From positions 25,320,809-25,384,808 of the forward strand of contig NC_057719.1 of assembly GCF_004010195.1 (NCBI RefSeq): a stretch of DNA of 64,000 nt. The letters run 5' to 3'. Below the pieces are notes generated by a model. The model was not told the origin of the DNA and searched no databases. It saw nothing but the letters and a program-made list of their open reading frames with translations. Positions 37,690 to 51,909 of the stretch are shown here, piece by piece. A program made the translations under genes and the position numbers. The DNA comes from Chiloscyllium plagiosum (lineage: Eukaryota). The first letter of the stretch is position 1. The number at the start of each line of letters is the position of its first letter.

Positions 37690-38290
37690 ATAGGAGCTGG
37701 GAGGTCATGTTGTGGCTGTACAGGGCATTGGTTAGGCCGCTTTTTGAATACTGCATTTAGTTCTGGGTCCCTGCTATAAGAAGGATGCTGTGAAACTTGA
37801 AAGGGTTCAGAAAGGATTTACAAGGATGTTGCCAAGGTTGTAGAGTTTGAGCTACAGGGAGAGGCTGAATTGGCTGGACTATTTTCCCTGGAGCATCAGA
37901 GGCTGAGGGGTATTATAAACTTATTGAAGTATATAAAATCATGAGGGGCATAGATAGGGTAAATAGCCAAGGCCTTTTCCCTGGGGTAGCAGAGTCCAAA
38001 ATTGGAGGGCAAATTTTTAAGGTGAGAGGGGAAAGATTTAAAAGGGACCTAAGGGGCAACCTTTTCACACAGAGTGGTGTGTATGGAATGAGCTGCCAGA
38101 GGAAGTGGTTGAAGCTGATACAATTACAACATTTAAAAGCCTTCCAGGTGGCTATATGAATAGGAGAGGTTTAGAGGGCTATGGGCCAAATGCTGGCAAA
38201 TGGGACTAGATTAATTTAGGAAATCTGGTCGGCATGGACGAGTTGGACCATAGGGCCTGTTTCCTTGCTGTATAGTTCTATGACTATGAC
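37690..38290 (+). mobile_element. CR1 LINE 3' fragment
   Basis: LYRALVRP..EYC..; LERVQKGFTRMLP; 3' tail ending CTATGACTATGAC. Confidence 0.92.
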
Positions 38291-39519
38291 AAACAGGACA
38301 CGTAATTTTATTGAATCTTATTGTTTCATGAATTTAACATATGTCTTTTGTGCAATGCTCATGGCTGGTGATCTAATGTAGCATCATGGAATATATTCAA
38401 ATGTTGAAAAAGGTTTTCTCCCAGTGGGTTTGATGATAAATTATTCTCTTTGACATCTTCCATGGAGAGCACTGCAGCTGCAGTTCGCTTTTATTGTGCA
38501 GCAGAGAGTGCTGAAGTGCAGTGCTGTATAAGGCTGCTAATGGCTGCTGGAAATGAATCATTGTAATTCTTGATTTATTAATTGAAATTGAAATTTTACA
38601 AGTTGCTGCAATGCAACTTGAACTCATGTCACCAGTGCACTAAATTACTACTCCAGTTATATTACCACTTTACCAAGCTGCCACAGTTCCAAGTTAGGAT
38701 GCTGAGTGGCTTGGAGGCGAACTTGTAAGTGTTCCCATGCAGCCCCAGTCCTTCTAGATGGTAGTGGTCATGGTTTTGACTAGGTTTCTATCCTACTCCA
38801 AATAACTGGAAGGAAGGAGTCAAAACATCTCACCTTGCACCATGTCCCCTTTCCCTCTTCAGGCTAATGATAAATGAGTGAATGCGGACTTGAATATAGA
38901 TTTCCCAGTCAGGAAACCAATTCACCAAACAGAGCTATTTTAATTTACTAAGCTGTCAGTACACACAAAGTTAATTTGCTTTAATGATCTGTGTAAACAG
39001 AAGGGCCACCTTTCAGTTTAAAAAAGAAACATGCACGTCATGTAGACACTGCACATCACACAAGAGCAGCTGTAGGAAAAATCTGGTATTTTTTAAAACA
39101 CAGGAGCAGACTGAAGCTTGATAACTCTGAAAGCATATTAATCACAACTTAATCAGGTTGAGTAACATGCCCAGCAAAGAACAGTTCATGGGGAAGTATA
39201 ATGAGAAATGAGCCTTGATTGTAACTACAGGCATATATTTGAGTAGTGGGTCCTTGCGGTTGAAAGCACAACAAAGGTTTTCAATAGGATGGGAGAAACA
39301 GACACACATTGTATCCTCCGTTAATCTGAATAGATTGGAAATCTGAGCCACATGAGATGGAGCCTAATTAATGGAGATGCAATGCAAAAGTACCGGACAG
39401 TGGCCAAGAACAAGCCACCAGAATAAATTTGCGCAGTGAATAAATTTGATTCTACTATAAATATTTGGAATGAAATGCAATTTTTTTCACAAAGGTCTCT
39501 CCTGGTCTACCATAGTAAT

Positions 39520-40420
39520 GTGACACCTTGACTACAAGGCACACACGCTGCAGACGGACATCTTACATTTCATGACAAGAAAGTCCTCATGTTGGACGTA
39601 TTGATGTATTGTATGCTCAAAATGTGATTGCAGAAGAGGCACTGAGGTAAGTATCCAGAGGAGAAATTTAAAGAAAGCACAGCTGCAGAACTCTGAATTG
39701 CCACTGATAAAGAAAATAATGAAGATCACTTTTAAAATGCTGCTTAAGAGAAAAACTCCTGTTAAATGAATGGGAATATAAGGCAGACCTGGAAGTTCTT
39801 CCACGAATGGTGGTACAATTATGCAATCTCTGCAGATTTATTGAGCAAACCAAAACAAGTACAAGTCACCTTACTGTTCTCACCACTGGGAAAGGACTAT
39901 GTCAAAATATATCGCATCCTAACTCACTCCAAAGAGCAGAAAAAGCAAATGGAAGAAATTTTAAAAGGTATGAAGGTATACTTTCTGCCCTAAGTGAGCC
40001 TTACATATTGATGATACATAGTCAGTAATAGGAAACAAAGTGAAAATGTTGATCAACACATAACATTATTAGATCAGCTCGCAGAAACCACAATTAAAAT
40101 ATGAGCTATTTAGAGGCACAATTATATGGGGGATAAGAGATCTAAAAGTGAAAGTATGTGTACTATGGGAAAATAAAATTGTGTTCAGGTAGAAAAATTG
40201 ACCTATACACAACTACCAAGGTTATAAATCAACTGACAGAGCAGAGACATTGCAGAACAGACCAGGTTTTGCATTCTGCTGACAGACACTCTGCCCATAT
40301 AGGGCAGAATAATCACAGAAAGAAGGGCAGAATGAAAATGAAGAAGAGAAATCATGCCAAGTGTGGGGAGTCCAGTGTTCTCACAGTAAAGGTCTGAATC
40401 ATTTTCACACCAGTGTATGA
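39520..40420 (+). mobile_element. Decayed Gypsy gag fragment (second family)
   Basis: ORF 39766..39993 GNIRQTWKFF..WYNYAISA..KPKQVQVTLL..LG..IY..YFLP; later IIWGIRD and an NHF..C zinc-knuckle remnant. Confidence 0.65.
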
Positions 40421-40732
40421 TAAAGAAAAACAGTACAGCAAGTAAGTAGAATTGGTGACTGGAAAGATAGCAGGTATAGATTTTGCCAAATCAATCTACA
40501 CCATACAACAGATTGGTTCAGTCAGGTCAATAAGTGTAACATGGTTTCTGAGTACTGGAATGAGAACTGCAGAAGGACAACATCAGATCAACATAAAAAA
40601 GCAACATCATGACTTGAACAAACCTGTGCAAGGTGACTCAACATGGCGATACGAAAATGAAGCCCTCAAATGTAAGGTCATGACTATATGATGGCACCAT
40701 ACTCATAAGGAGAGGACAGATGACTCTGCCAG

Positions 40733-40834
40733 ATTCTGGATTAGTGGTGCTGGAAGAGCACAGCAGTTCAGGCAGCATCCAAGGAGCTTCGAAATTGACG
40801 TTTCAGGCAAAAGCCCTTCATCAGGTTTTTACCT
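40733..40834 (-). mobile_element. 102-bp Penelope tail insertion with intact hammerhead core (40797-40824)
   Basis: Perfect 15-bp TSD AGATGACTCTGCCAG (40718-40732 / 40835-40849); CTGATGA-A-GGGC-TTTT-GCCT-GAAAC-GTC. Confidence 0.88.
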
Positions 40835-43199
40835 AGATGACTCTGCCAGCCCATTACAATTGCAGAGTGAGGATCTGCACTCCCAAATTATAGACAGCCA
40901 ACAAATGCCACTTACCATTGCCAGAGCAAGACTAAAGCTTGGATCAATAACCCTCAACATGCTAAAGGATATTTACTAAGTTTTTTTGTATATCAATTCA
41001 CTGAAGCTGGATCACGTCTTAGATAAATACAAGGATGTGATGGAACATTTGTCTGGATGAATGCAGCATCCAAAACACACAAATGTTCACTATAAGCCAA
41101 GATAAAGTAGCTCGCTTGATAATAACACATCCATAACATTATGCATTCATTTGTTCCTCCACTGGCACACAGTGTTTCAGTATTCACTAGCTACAGGCTG
41201 TGATGCAGTAGTTGTAATGCTCCTTCAACACCAAAATCCCATTCCCCACTAAGAGAAGGGCTAGAGTTGCACAGATACAGGGAAGCAACACCAGCTTCTG
41301 CTTCAAGTCACATACAACCTAATTTAAGAGTAAACCACAGCCTATTTGTCAGCTCTGGATCAAAATCTTGGGACTTCCTCCAAGCCAGTACTTTAGGTGT
41401 GTCACCAACACAGACTGTATCAGTTCAAGATGGTTTGCCATCATCGTCCCAAGAGCAATTTGGTGTTGGCAATAAATACTGGCCTTGGCAGCGATGCCCA
41501 TGTCACACAGATGAAGAAAAGATGTGTGTAGATCAATGGCTGCGGATGCTCCACAATTACTAAGTATCCCATGAGAGACTCCAGTAAAAGATCATATTAC
41601 TTCTCCATGTTAATCATCAAATATGTCTGGATAGTTTCAATCGACCGAAGTGAGTCCCGCGTTCTTTCTCGTTTGTGATTCTTCTTGAGTTAGCCTCAGA
41701 TTTTTGAATTTTTTTAAGTTTCATTGCTTTCAAAAACTGCAAACTGACCAGTGAGACCTATGAGCAAGCATTCTTTTTTGAACAAAATTCAGCCATTGAG
41801 TATTACAGTCCCTCAATGGAAAACAGCACAATATTGTCAATGGGAAACTGAGCATACAGTTTTACTTGAAGCCATTCAAAGGGAAACAGTCCAAACAGGG
41901 GCTGGATGGGTACTGGGGTCTCATTCATCAACTTGAGATCTGGGGCGGTGCCTCGTTATTGCTTTCGTGGTGAGCCCAATAAATCAATTGCTGTACAGAC
42001 ATTTAACTGGCCAGTGACCAATCTTGACTTTGGGGCAAATGTCCCACCTGCTGAGAGCTGCTGGTTAGTTAGAGGCTGGCAGCTGTACTGTAGGCTGTAC
42101 GATGCCCACATGTGGCTTGGGGTCAACAGTGGTGCACAGGCCACTGATGGACAGAGAGGGTGTGTGGATTGAGGCTCAGACAGGAAAAGAAGGGAGAGAT
42201 TAGGAGGGACAAAAGCCAGGACAGGGGTTTGACTCTCAGCGGCCCCATATGCTTCTTGCTGTTGCACCTCTCAATCGTGCACTGAAAAACCTTAGACGAG
42301 GGAATACCTCCCAGCAGGAAACCAAAAGCAACCCCGCACAGGTTTTCTTATTGTATTTCACATGGTGAGATGCCCACTCACCACTGGGTTAAGAAATGGG
42401 GCTCGGAAGTGGGCATTAGTGAAAGACCTGCATTGTTGGACCCAATGAAAAATAGTATGGTTTCAATTATGTGTTCTGATATATCCCTAGGGTCAGTTTT
42501 GTAGACAACATCAGCTGGTGGATGAAATATACCAACACCTATTCCTCTCACATTGTTGATAAATGTAAGATTTGCAATGAGAATCTAAAATTTTTGATGC
42601 AATAATTTCAAACTCATGGAAAATAAATTTGGCACTAATGGTTGCAATTGAAATGCCAGTGCATTATGAAAGAGGGGAACAGAGATAGAAAAGAGGAACA
42701 GATGGAGGGACACAATAGATCAGTTTAGCCTTGCTCCCCTCGTTACCAAAGTTACCATTTTGAAGAATGTTCCCTCATTCCTTCCTCCAGTTCCAGGGTT
42801 AGGAGTTTTATTGAATGCAGAAAAGCAGATAGCAGATTGAAATTAACCGACAGAGGACTAGAAACAGTGGGATCAGACAGGACTACATCTGCGAGACCTG
42901 AGATATACTTAGGCCAATTGGATGCTCCTGTTTAACATGCTGAGCTGCACAAATGGCCAGCGATTATTCCCTTAAATGAAAATCCTGAAAGCAATCACCG
43001 AATAACAATGAGCAGTTTCTGTTCCATTTAATTCAGAATGAGCCAAACAACTCCTACAAATATCATAAACCATCTTTCCATGAGAAGGAACTAACATTTA
43101 CCAGGTTGAAATAAGTGCTGTTTTTTCCTTTAAAATCCTCATTCTTTAAAGCAAATTGAAAATCTAGGCAGGATTAATTATATTCCAATCCCTTCCTCA

Positions 43200-44760
43200 C
43201 AGCACTGTGTATTGTTAGACTTGAGTCTTATATCTGAGAGTTTGTTTCTGGGAGAGTAATATGGTGCATTTTGAGCAGCAGGAATGATTGATGGTGCAGG
43301 GCAAGATTGCTGAGCATTCCCTGGTTTGGATTTGTTATTCCCTGGCACTGACATGGCATAGATTAAAGCTGCCATCTGCCAGCCAAGCTGTGGGTATGGT
43401 CAGAATGTTTCAGCACCCAGTAGGGATGAAGAGGAGCAATGGGAGGAGTCTGGTGAAACCCCTCCTATTCTATGCACCATTTGCTGCACCATCTCATGCC
43501 AGCTGGTCCAGTAATGACTGGCAAGCAAGTGACTGACTATTAGGTTTATGAAGGTGCACCCTGAGATGGCAGACAGACTTTGGCCCAGTGGGGAAGACAA
43601 CAGAGCAGTTTCACAGCTTGGAGTGACCTTGGAGGTTGTTCTCTCACTGCCTGAGGCCTGCTGGGCCTTTGTATGGTGAGGGGTAATTGCATATGCAGCA
43701 GCCCCTCTCACATGTAGCAAATTGTGGGGGGATGGGGAGAGGTGAGGTGGGGAGCTGCAGCCTACACTCTTGCTATGAATTCAACCCAAGCTATGAAAAT
43801 GTAAGATCAACAAGACTATTTCCAGTATAGTTGGTAGTGAAGGAGGAATACTATGTAGCAGGACACATATCAAATGAAGACAACACAAGTTGTACTTGGG
43901 CCTCATGAGTGCATAGAAAGTTAATGATTCTCTGCTTCTCTCTGTTTCAACTGATGTAGTAAACATCTGATTTGGTTTGTGAAAGTTTGGATCCAGTGTT
44001 GGTGCCCCAGGTACTGCCAGGCAGGGATCACGGTGTGTACACTCATCATCTGTACACTGCAGATGCAACAGGAGTTGGTGGACATAGAGGTCTGGACTTC
44101 CAGCAGAGATGAATGGCTGCAGTGCACTTGGAGTGTGGATCTTAATTTGCCTGGACAAATTTGTAAGTATAATTGTGTCCTGAGCTTTACTTGTTCCTAT
44201 AGCAGACCAAGCAGTGCCTCATGTTTGTCAATATGATGTGGCTCCTCCTTGATATCCTCACCTCCCTCCTCATCTGAGCATACCTTGTGCTCCGCTGTAT
44301 CTTCAACAGCCAAAACCTACCTACCTACCTTCTACAGCACCAAATTATGGAGAGCGCAGTAACAATCATAATCTGGGAGATTATACCCGTTCAGGGACAT
44401 TGATTTAGAGACATAAAATTCATTTTGAGGTGATTGACATTCTGCTGATGGTTGCACTGATGGAATTAAATTCATTTTGATTAATGGAGACCATTGGTCC
44501 TTTGAAGTATTGATGGCCACATATACAGTAAATGGGACTGTGCACCTAGGGTCAATCCAGCTATGGCATCAAATCCTTTGGCTCTTTCAGCCTGACTGTC
44601 CACTTTGGTACAGATATTCATGCACAAGTTAGCTCTCCTGAAACATTGGGTTGTTATTACATTGATACAGTGATGTGTGACTGATTGGGACTGATTGAGG
44701 CATACCACATGCCTCTGGTGTTTTTGATACCAGGTCTGCTGGCATGGCATTTGTTGTCAG
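43200..44760 (-). mobile_element. Heavily decayed PIF/Harbinger transposase remnants, probably more than one copy
   Basis: SQSVTHHCINVIT..FRRA..SQAERAKGFDAIAG (44481..44750), FYAL..VQLV (about 43900), NRRGF (about 43465), YYSP (about 43255). Confidence 0.6.
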
Positions 44761-47700
44761 GTAAGATGCTTTGGTCATATTCACTGCAACCAATCATTCT
44801 TAGTGGTATTACTCATAACAACGAGTAAGTTAACTCATACCAAGTGGGAAGGATGCCCTCAAAAAGTCTTCAGCAGAAGGAAAACTCAGACTTGAGAAAC
44901 AAAATAGGTTTGTTATGTAGTGGTTAAGAGGTAATCGCCTTACATCTGAATGAGGTGAAATCCTTTGTAAGACCTCAGGCTGAACTTAAGAGAAAATATA
45001 CAATAGTATTAGCTACATAAAGCTTGGAAACAAACTGATACACTGAAACTGATACAACTTGTAATATAGAACACACTCCTCCCAGGAAAAGTCCTTCTTC
45101 ATGGGTGATCCTCATGGGTGAAGATTATCTCAAAATATCAGTCAATTCTTTCAAGCACTAACTACCTCATGCAATGCAATGGAATCCCAAATTCAGGGCC
45201 AGACTCTTTGCCAAGGTCAATGGCTTCACAATTGAGGATAAAGAACTTTCTCACTTGGGTTCTACCATCTTTTCAAGCTTTGCTTTTTTGAATCACTGCT
45301 GCTGTCCAACTATGATTGTAAACTACAAGGGTACAACAGCATAAACTCTGAGCTGTGAAGTAGATCAGCACTGGGGAAGAGACTTATGCTAGTTGTATTG
45401 ATCTGTTATATCCAATTGAAGTTTGACAGGATTGATTGAGGAATTCTTATTTCTTCACTTGTGACAGCAGAGATTGTGCAACAAAAGCAAAGGATAAAGA
45501 AAAGTTGTTGATTACAAAATATTCTGAGGCACCAAAGCCAGAGATCACCATGGACATGATCAACAAGAACAACTGGAATCAGATGTCCAACAATTGGATG
45601 TCATCTTCTCTTTGATCATGGCACACAGATTGGGATGGAAGGAACCAACAGCGACATTGCCACTCTGATACCAGCAGAGAGCTTATCCTTCACCTGTACA
45701 GCTGACCACTAGATACCTTCATCTTTGGAAAGGAGACAGCTGCTGTCCTGGTCTGTGTAGCCACTGAATCCTTCCACGCAGGCTCTTCTTGCTAGATGAA
45801 GCTCCTGCAGAATTAACAATGTCCTTGCCTCTAACTGAACTGGGATACTATTTGCAATAAATGCTGCCCTGCCTTTACCTCTTCCCAGATTCATCTTCAG
45901 TAAACCCTCTGCATGGAGTTTAATCTCCTCAAGAGGGGCTCTATTGTAATATATGCATGCACTTCTGGGGGTGACTGGGGCATAATCTGCATTGATACTG
46001 TGCAATACTTTGTTCTCATGCTTTGTTAGGGAGTCAGTGGTCGAAATCAGATGTGCTATGTTTAGCTGTGGAGAAGTCAGATGTACTGTACTTAGGACAT
46101 TCACTGTACATAGTCTTGATTACAAATAAAAGAAATCTTCACCTTGATTTGCTGATCCTTGTGTGTGATTTATAAGTTTACACCAAAGTATGATAACGGC
46201 CTTGACCCCATAATCAACTGCTGCCCTCCTTTCTGAGAATGAAATAAAACACTTCACCGCAGAGCTGCAGAACACAACAACAGTAGCTGCCTCCCCATTG
46301 CTGGGGGTCCACTTTGAATCATTGGACCCTCTTTCATGCGGTAAGTTTAATGGCTGCTGAAACTGAAAGCAACTACATCAGGTGATCATGTAATGATGGT
46401 AAGTAAGCATATGCAATGCTCATAATGTTGAAATAAAAATCGTGATTAAAGAATCACTCCAAAATCACCTTTACTTTTTTTTATTCATTCAGGGAATGTG
46501 AGCATCACTGGCAGAGCCAGAATTTGCTGCCCATTCCCAGCTGCTTTTACACGGGGAGCAGTTAAAAATCAACTACATGGCTGCGGGCCTGGAGTCACAC
46601 TGTATAGGCCAGACCAGGTAACGATAGCAGATTTCCTTCTCTAAAGGACATTAGTGAACAAAATAGGTGTTTGTGACAATTAGTGATAATTGCATGATCA
46701 TCATTACTGAGGCTGGCTTTATGTTTCAGATTTATTAACAGGATTCATATTTCACTGGCTGGGTTGAGATTGGTGGGATTTTAAATCATCTCCCCAGAGT
46801 AATAGCCTGAGTGTCTAGATTACTAATCCTGTTACCAATACATCACCACTGTTTCCCCTCACATATTACCATTCCAAAACTCAGCTAATCACCCTGATGT
46901 ATTCCCTGAGTACCTACCTTGTGAGTGCCTTTCTCTGTTCTCGTGGTCCTACACAGTGCTACACTAGTGGGTGCAGCATGGTGTATGGAAAGTTATTGAT
47001 TTTCCCTGGCAGTTAATCCAAATGGTTTTGTAGCATCATCTTTAGCAGCTTGAAAGCCTGACTTTGGATTGAGCTTGCCTCAGTATGTGCAGCAATAATC
47101 TGGCTGACAGCCAACAGCAATGTGAGTGGTTGGAAGGTAACTGGTATCTTCCTGATACAGTAGAGCAAGATTATCCTCCATGGTGCCATTTCCTACATTG
47201 GGCAACACCTCTGCAATTCTACCAATGTGCCGGCGAGCAGATTTTTCGATTATTGAGAGTCACTCTGAACATTGGTATTTGTGGTTACAATTGCAGCAGT
47301 TAGTGCTTGCACAGCAATGACCTGGACTTTATGTGACTAAGGCTTTGGGACCAGGTGGGGATCATGAGCCTGCGATTGCTGGTGGAAAGGTTTGGGGATG
47401 CAATTTGCTGGGAGGAAGCTTCCTCAAAAGCCATTTCCACATTCACCATCATGTTAAAGTAGCCTCATTGGACATCCCACTGCTGAGGTAGATATCAACC
47501 TCTCGACACAACCCCTTTCTGGCTGACACAGAAGGTCTATACCTGATGCAAACAATAACATGGAGCTTGAGGGGGTCTACATCTGTGTTAGGGGCAATTA
47601 CTTTTCATCCCTGTAACCATATCGTCGGGCATCAAATCTTCGGCTTTGATTGACCTGGTGCACTCAGGGCCTGAGAGAGGGACTGTTCTGATGTTGATAA

Positions 47701-48709
47701 ATACCAGTGCCACCTCTAAAAGAGCCCTAAATGTGGCCTAAGTTGGACTAATTTGTTGCTCTCCTCCAACCTGGTTCCCAGTGTGGCTGTGGAAATCTGA
47801 GGGACCCATTCCAAGGCAGCCATTTGCTATTTTGCTGGCCCTGCAGCCTTCACCCTATCTCCTTGAGCTAAGAAAATGCAAGCCGTCATAATCATCTTTT
47901 CTTTATGTTTTATTGCCAGGTAGACTAAACACCTGGCTGCACTGATGCCGGAGGCATGTGTCTGTCCTTCTCCACTTCTCTTTCAGGCTTCATTTTAAAG
48001 CCTGAAGTCAGACAGCAGACAAACAAGATTATTGCAGCTCAGCCATCGTAAATTTAATTTGGATACATGGTGATCAAATAAGGAAGAACTCAAAAGCTTC
48101 TTTTATCACAAACAGCTCATTAGTGAGAGCAATATTTCTAAATCAACACAGATATTGACTAATTCATTTTGATTGTGTGAAATTAACAAGCGACCAGGAA
48201 GTAAGTATTCTGCTATTAAATCACTCAAAAGAGCACACACATACACAATAGTCATGTCTCCAATCAACTGATACGGCATAAGACTACAGTTGTAATGAAG
48301 CAATAAATGAAGTATGACTTTTTAAAATCTAATTACTGAATTACTAATTAATAAAGCATCACAATAATATTTACTCTTAAATTGAATCAAAATAAGTGAC
48401 ATTCTACATTCAGGAAAACACCAAGGTCTGCTGGGCTGTTACAAGCCGATCTGCTTTAGAGTTCTGGTTGGTTGGTTGGATGAGGATAGATTCCTAATAG
48501 ACTGACTGGCAATAACAGGTCTTGAACAACTTTAGACAGTTAGTTGGATCTAAGGGTAAACTGCTATGTATAGCTTCCATTAAGCAAAGAGTACTTTGCA
48601 GAACAGGTACACAGGTATTTTACATTTATCAAATACTTCTTTCAGCAGTACATTACATACTATGTAAAACAAATGGATCAAAAGAACAGAGTCTTTCAGA
48701 AAAATACAC

Positions 48710-49025
48710 TGATTAGAATTGCAGAATTGTTTCATTCAGGAGATGATTTACCCCATCATGCCTGTGCCCCTCCTCTTTCGCAAAACCTAGAGTTTTCCCT
48801 TTAAAATATATATTGCATTTTGTTTTAAAATTTGCTGTTGAAAGTATTTATTACATCCTTTGGGCATTGCATTCCAGATCACAATAACATGCTGTGTAAA
48901 AACACCTTCCTTAATTTCCCCACTAGTATTTTTACTAGGTTCTTTAAACCAGTGTCCTTCTCTGGATCTCCTGCCGATGGAAACAGATTCTATTATTTGC
49001 TCATTCAAAACTATTCACAATTTTG
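48710..49025 (-). mobile_element. CR1 LINE 3' end, old
   Basis: ORF 48787..49008 SREGHWFK..FTQHVIVIWNAMP. Confidence 0.7.
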
Positions 49026-49796
49026 AACACACTCATGAGGCAGAATGTAATGCACACTTAGGGATGTGTTCGGAGGCCCAGTGGAATGATGGAGTGTCTG
49101 CTCTGATGGGAAGGTGGTGTTCCTGTCAATTTCCAAACTCCATGTAATTAAGTACAAGGAAAAAAGACTCAAAGATGGCCTTCTTACCAATAGGCTCTTA
49201 ATACTTAAGGACCACATGAAGGTCATGTTCTACTTCTGCTGGTATTCAATCAGCAGCAGCTTGAGACCAATCCACTTGAGTCTACTATGAAGAATTCCCT
49301 GGCAGTAAGGCCTAGTTCTGACTAGTGGGGATGTTCCTAGCACTGCAGCACCAGCAGGGACCAGCGCCCATGGTGGTGCTGCTGTCCCTGGAGAGTTGCC
49401 GACTTCTGATTGGCTGGCTGTGCTCAGAAGGGACAGGATTTTGGAGGTAGGGGAATTCCCCTCAAGGGAGCTGGAAAGTCTGGCTCTGGGCAGGTAAATG
49501 CCTGATTGGTTCGTAATTCCATTAGACATCCTAAGAATGGCTGCAGTGTATGCCACTGGTCTTTCAGGTGATGGATACTTCCCCTGCCATGACCATTAGA
49601 TTGCGTTCATTGTATGGTCTTAGTCTGGACCCTAATATCATGTTATAAGATCTCCCTAATTGTTGCTCTTATCGAAATCCTTAGAGTTGTGCAACGGTGG
49701 TCTGTTAATAATTCTCTACATTTCCTTTGCTTAAAAATTAGCTGCTGCAAGACCCTGATAAAATACTTCTATTTAAAAAAAAATGCTTATTATAGT

Positions 49797-50027
49797 TGAA
49801 ATAACTGCACATGGGCTAGAATGCTGTCACTCAGTCACCATTTATTTACATGTGCACAGTACATGGGCTCTGACCAGCTAACTTAGAACCACTCCCTAGA
49901 CTGTGTAGACCTTCTGAAGCCTGTTTATATCTGTCAGCCAAGGCTCTCTAATTAGCCCAGGTTAACAACCCCAATCCAGGATCTTATAGTCAATGTGATC
50001 CACCTGGCAATGATTCCAATCACTACA
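49797..50027 (-). mobile_element. Uninterrupted solo LTR related to the Gypsy at 367-7688
   Basis: TGAAATAACT...CAATCACTACA; minus-strand ATATAAA and AATAAA; aligns with 7371-7688 and 1765-1866. No clear TSD. Confidence 0.8.
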
Positions 50028-50241
50028 TCAACAATTTTGAGAAATCTAGACAATTTACATGCACTCTCTTATTTATTTACTAGCAAAAGCAGATGCTTAA
50101 AAACATTCTTTCTTTTGCAATATAACTCTGACCTCCTGACCTAAAGTCAATCTTTAGGACTGTCAGCCAGTCTTTCAGTGCGGTGCACCTGTGTGGTCTG
50201 GAACCTACATATCCTAAAACACAGAGCCCTGCTGTTCGTAG

Positions 50242-50890
50242 TGTTATGGACCAGACCAAATCCCCTCAAAAATATTAAAAAGTTAGTCTTAACCCTAAAT
50301 TTTTCTTATTTTATAAGTAAGTGTAAGGTATTATGTTCTGGATGCAATTTGATTTGTCAAACTGCCAGGCTTAAAATGAAACATACTTTATTCATACACT
50401 ATAATTAAAATACAGCCAAATAAAAATAAAAGGAAAGAATTAACTTAACAAAGCTCTACCAGAATGCTTAATAAAATAATATACATTAGCCACTACTAAT
50501 TAACTGTACCAATATAGTAACATCTCATGAACACACCCGTGGCAAATGCAAGGTCAGTAAAATAGATTGTTTCACATGTAATTCTAGCAGCAGGAAGATA
50601 ACCCCAGCTTTTAACTGTAAAAGAGAGAGGAATAAAAGCTTTCATATTCAGCTTCAAGACCCCATTAACTGCTACTGTAAGCTAAAACTAAAAAAAAGCC
50701 TGGTTCTGTGGGAGCTTGAGCCCACCCATTCAGACTACCTTTATTGTACCAACATTTTTTTAAAAACCCAACACCTCACAAACTACATACTTCTTCATTT
50801 TAGAGCAGATGGCTTGTTACCTCTGCTTCAACATTTCTTCATTAAAAAAAAACACAAGAAAATACTTCTCTTAAAATACATCTCATCACA
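50242..50890. mobile_element. Solo LTR (649 bp)
   Basis: TGTTAT...ATCACA termini with a perfect 4-bp TSD GTAG on both sides. Confidence 0.85.
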
Positions 50891-51249
50891 GTAGACAGAA
50901 AGAACAAGTGCACACACTAACTCTGTTGACCTCAACAAAACTGGTGACAGCTATTTGTTGGTTCATTTCACAGGCTTACTCCTTATCAACCAGAGTCAAA
51001 CCATCTAGTTGAAATTATTAAAGAGTCTGGAAATTAGCTGACAATTATCACTAACTGGTGCATTATCCATGGCAATACCTTTACCTGTCAGAGTCCACTT
51101 GCCATTCAATTGCACTTTCCTCTCATACTGTATACATTTACAGTATGGTTTTCTCTTTAATTGGTATTCTTGTGAATTGACTGAAGAGTGCAAGCTGAAA
51201 AAACTTCAACAAAACATGTTTTATTTCAGCAATACTGAGTTCTGTACCT

Positions 51250-51905
51250 CCAGATTTCTACGAATAGATTAAGTAAATGGGAAAATTGTGGCAAATAGTT
51301 TTCAACGTAGGCAAACATATTTTGGATCTAACAAAAATAGAACAGTAGAAAAACAATAGAAATCAGAGAGAGATTCTGGATCCAGGTAAATAGATTAATA
51401 AAATGTCATTAACAACCACAGAAAATAGTTGAAAGGATATGGATAATGAGTGGGCAAAGACCTGGCAAATGAAGCTTACTTAGAGAAATTATGTAATTGT
51501 TCATTTAAGCCAGAAAAATGAAAAATTAAAATATCATTGAAACAGTTAGAAATTTCAGAGCAAAGGGGGTCAGGATGTCCTGCTGTGTGAATTACAAAAG
51601 GTTAGTATGCAAATCATTAAGAAAGCTGTTACAAGAGCAATTGAATACAAAGTTAGGGAGATAATGCTGTAGTTACACGTGGAATCTGGAATGCTTCAGA
51701 ACAGTTTATCTCTTTATTTAAGGTTGCATGTAACTGCATTGGAATCAATTTGGAGAATGTTTACTAATTCCTGGAATGGACAGGTTTTCTTAGGAAGAAA
51801 GGTTGGATAGGCTAGGCTTCTATCCAGTGGAGTTTAGATAATTGAAAGGTGACTTGATTAAAACATGAGATTCTGAAGGGATTTGACAGGGTGATTGTGG
51901 CAAGA
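51250..51905 (+). mobile_element. Old CR1 LINE fragments
   Basis: EWAKTWQMK and EERLDRLGFYPVEFR-like remnants. Confidence 0.7.
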
Positions 51906-51909
51906 ATGA

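Noticed and set aside
39766..39993. Domesticated gag-derived gene
   Set aside because: Downstream gag is broken by stops and frameshifts; it is an ordinary relic.
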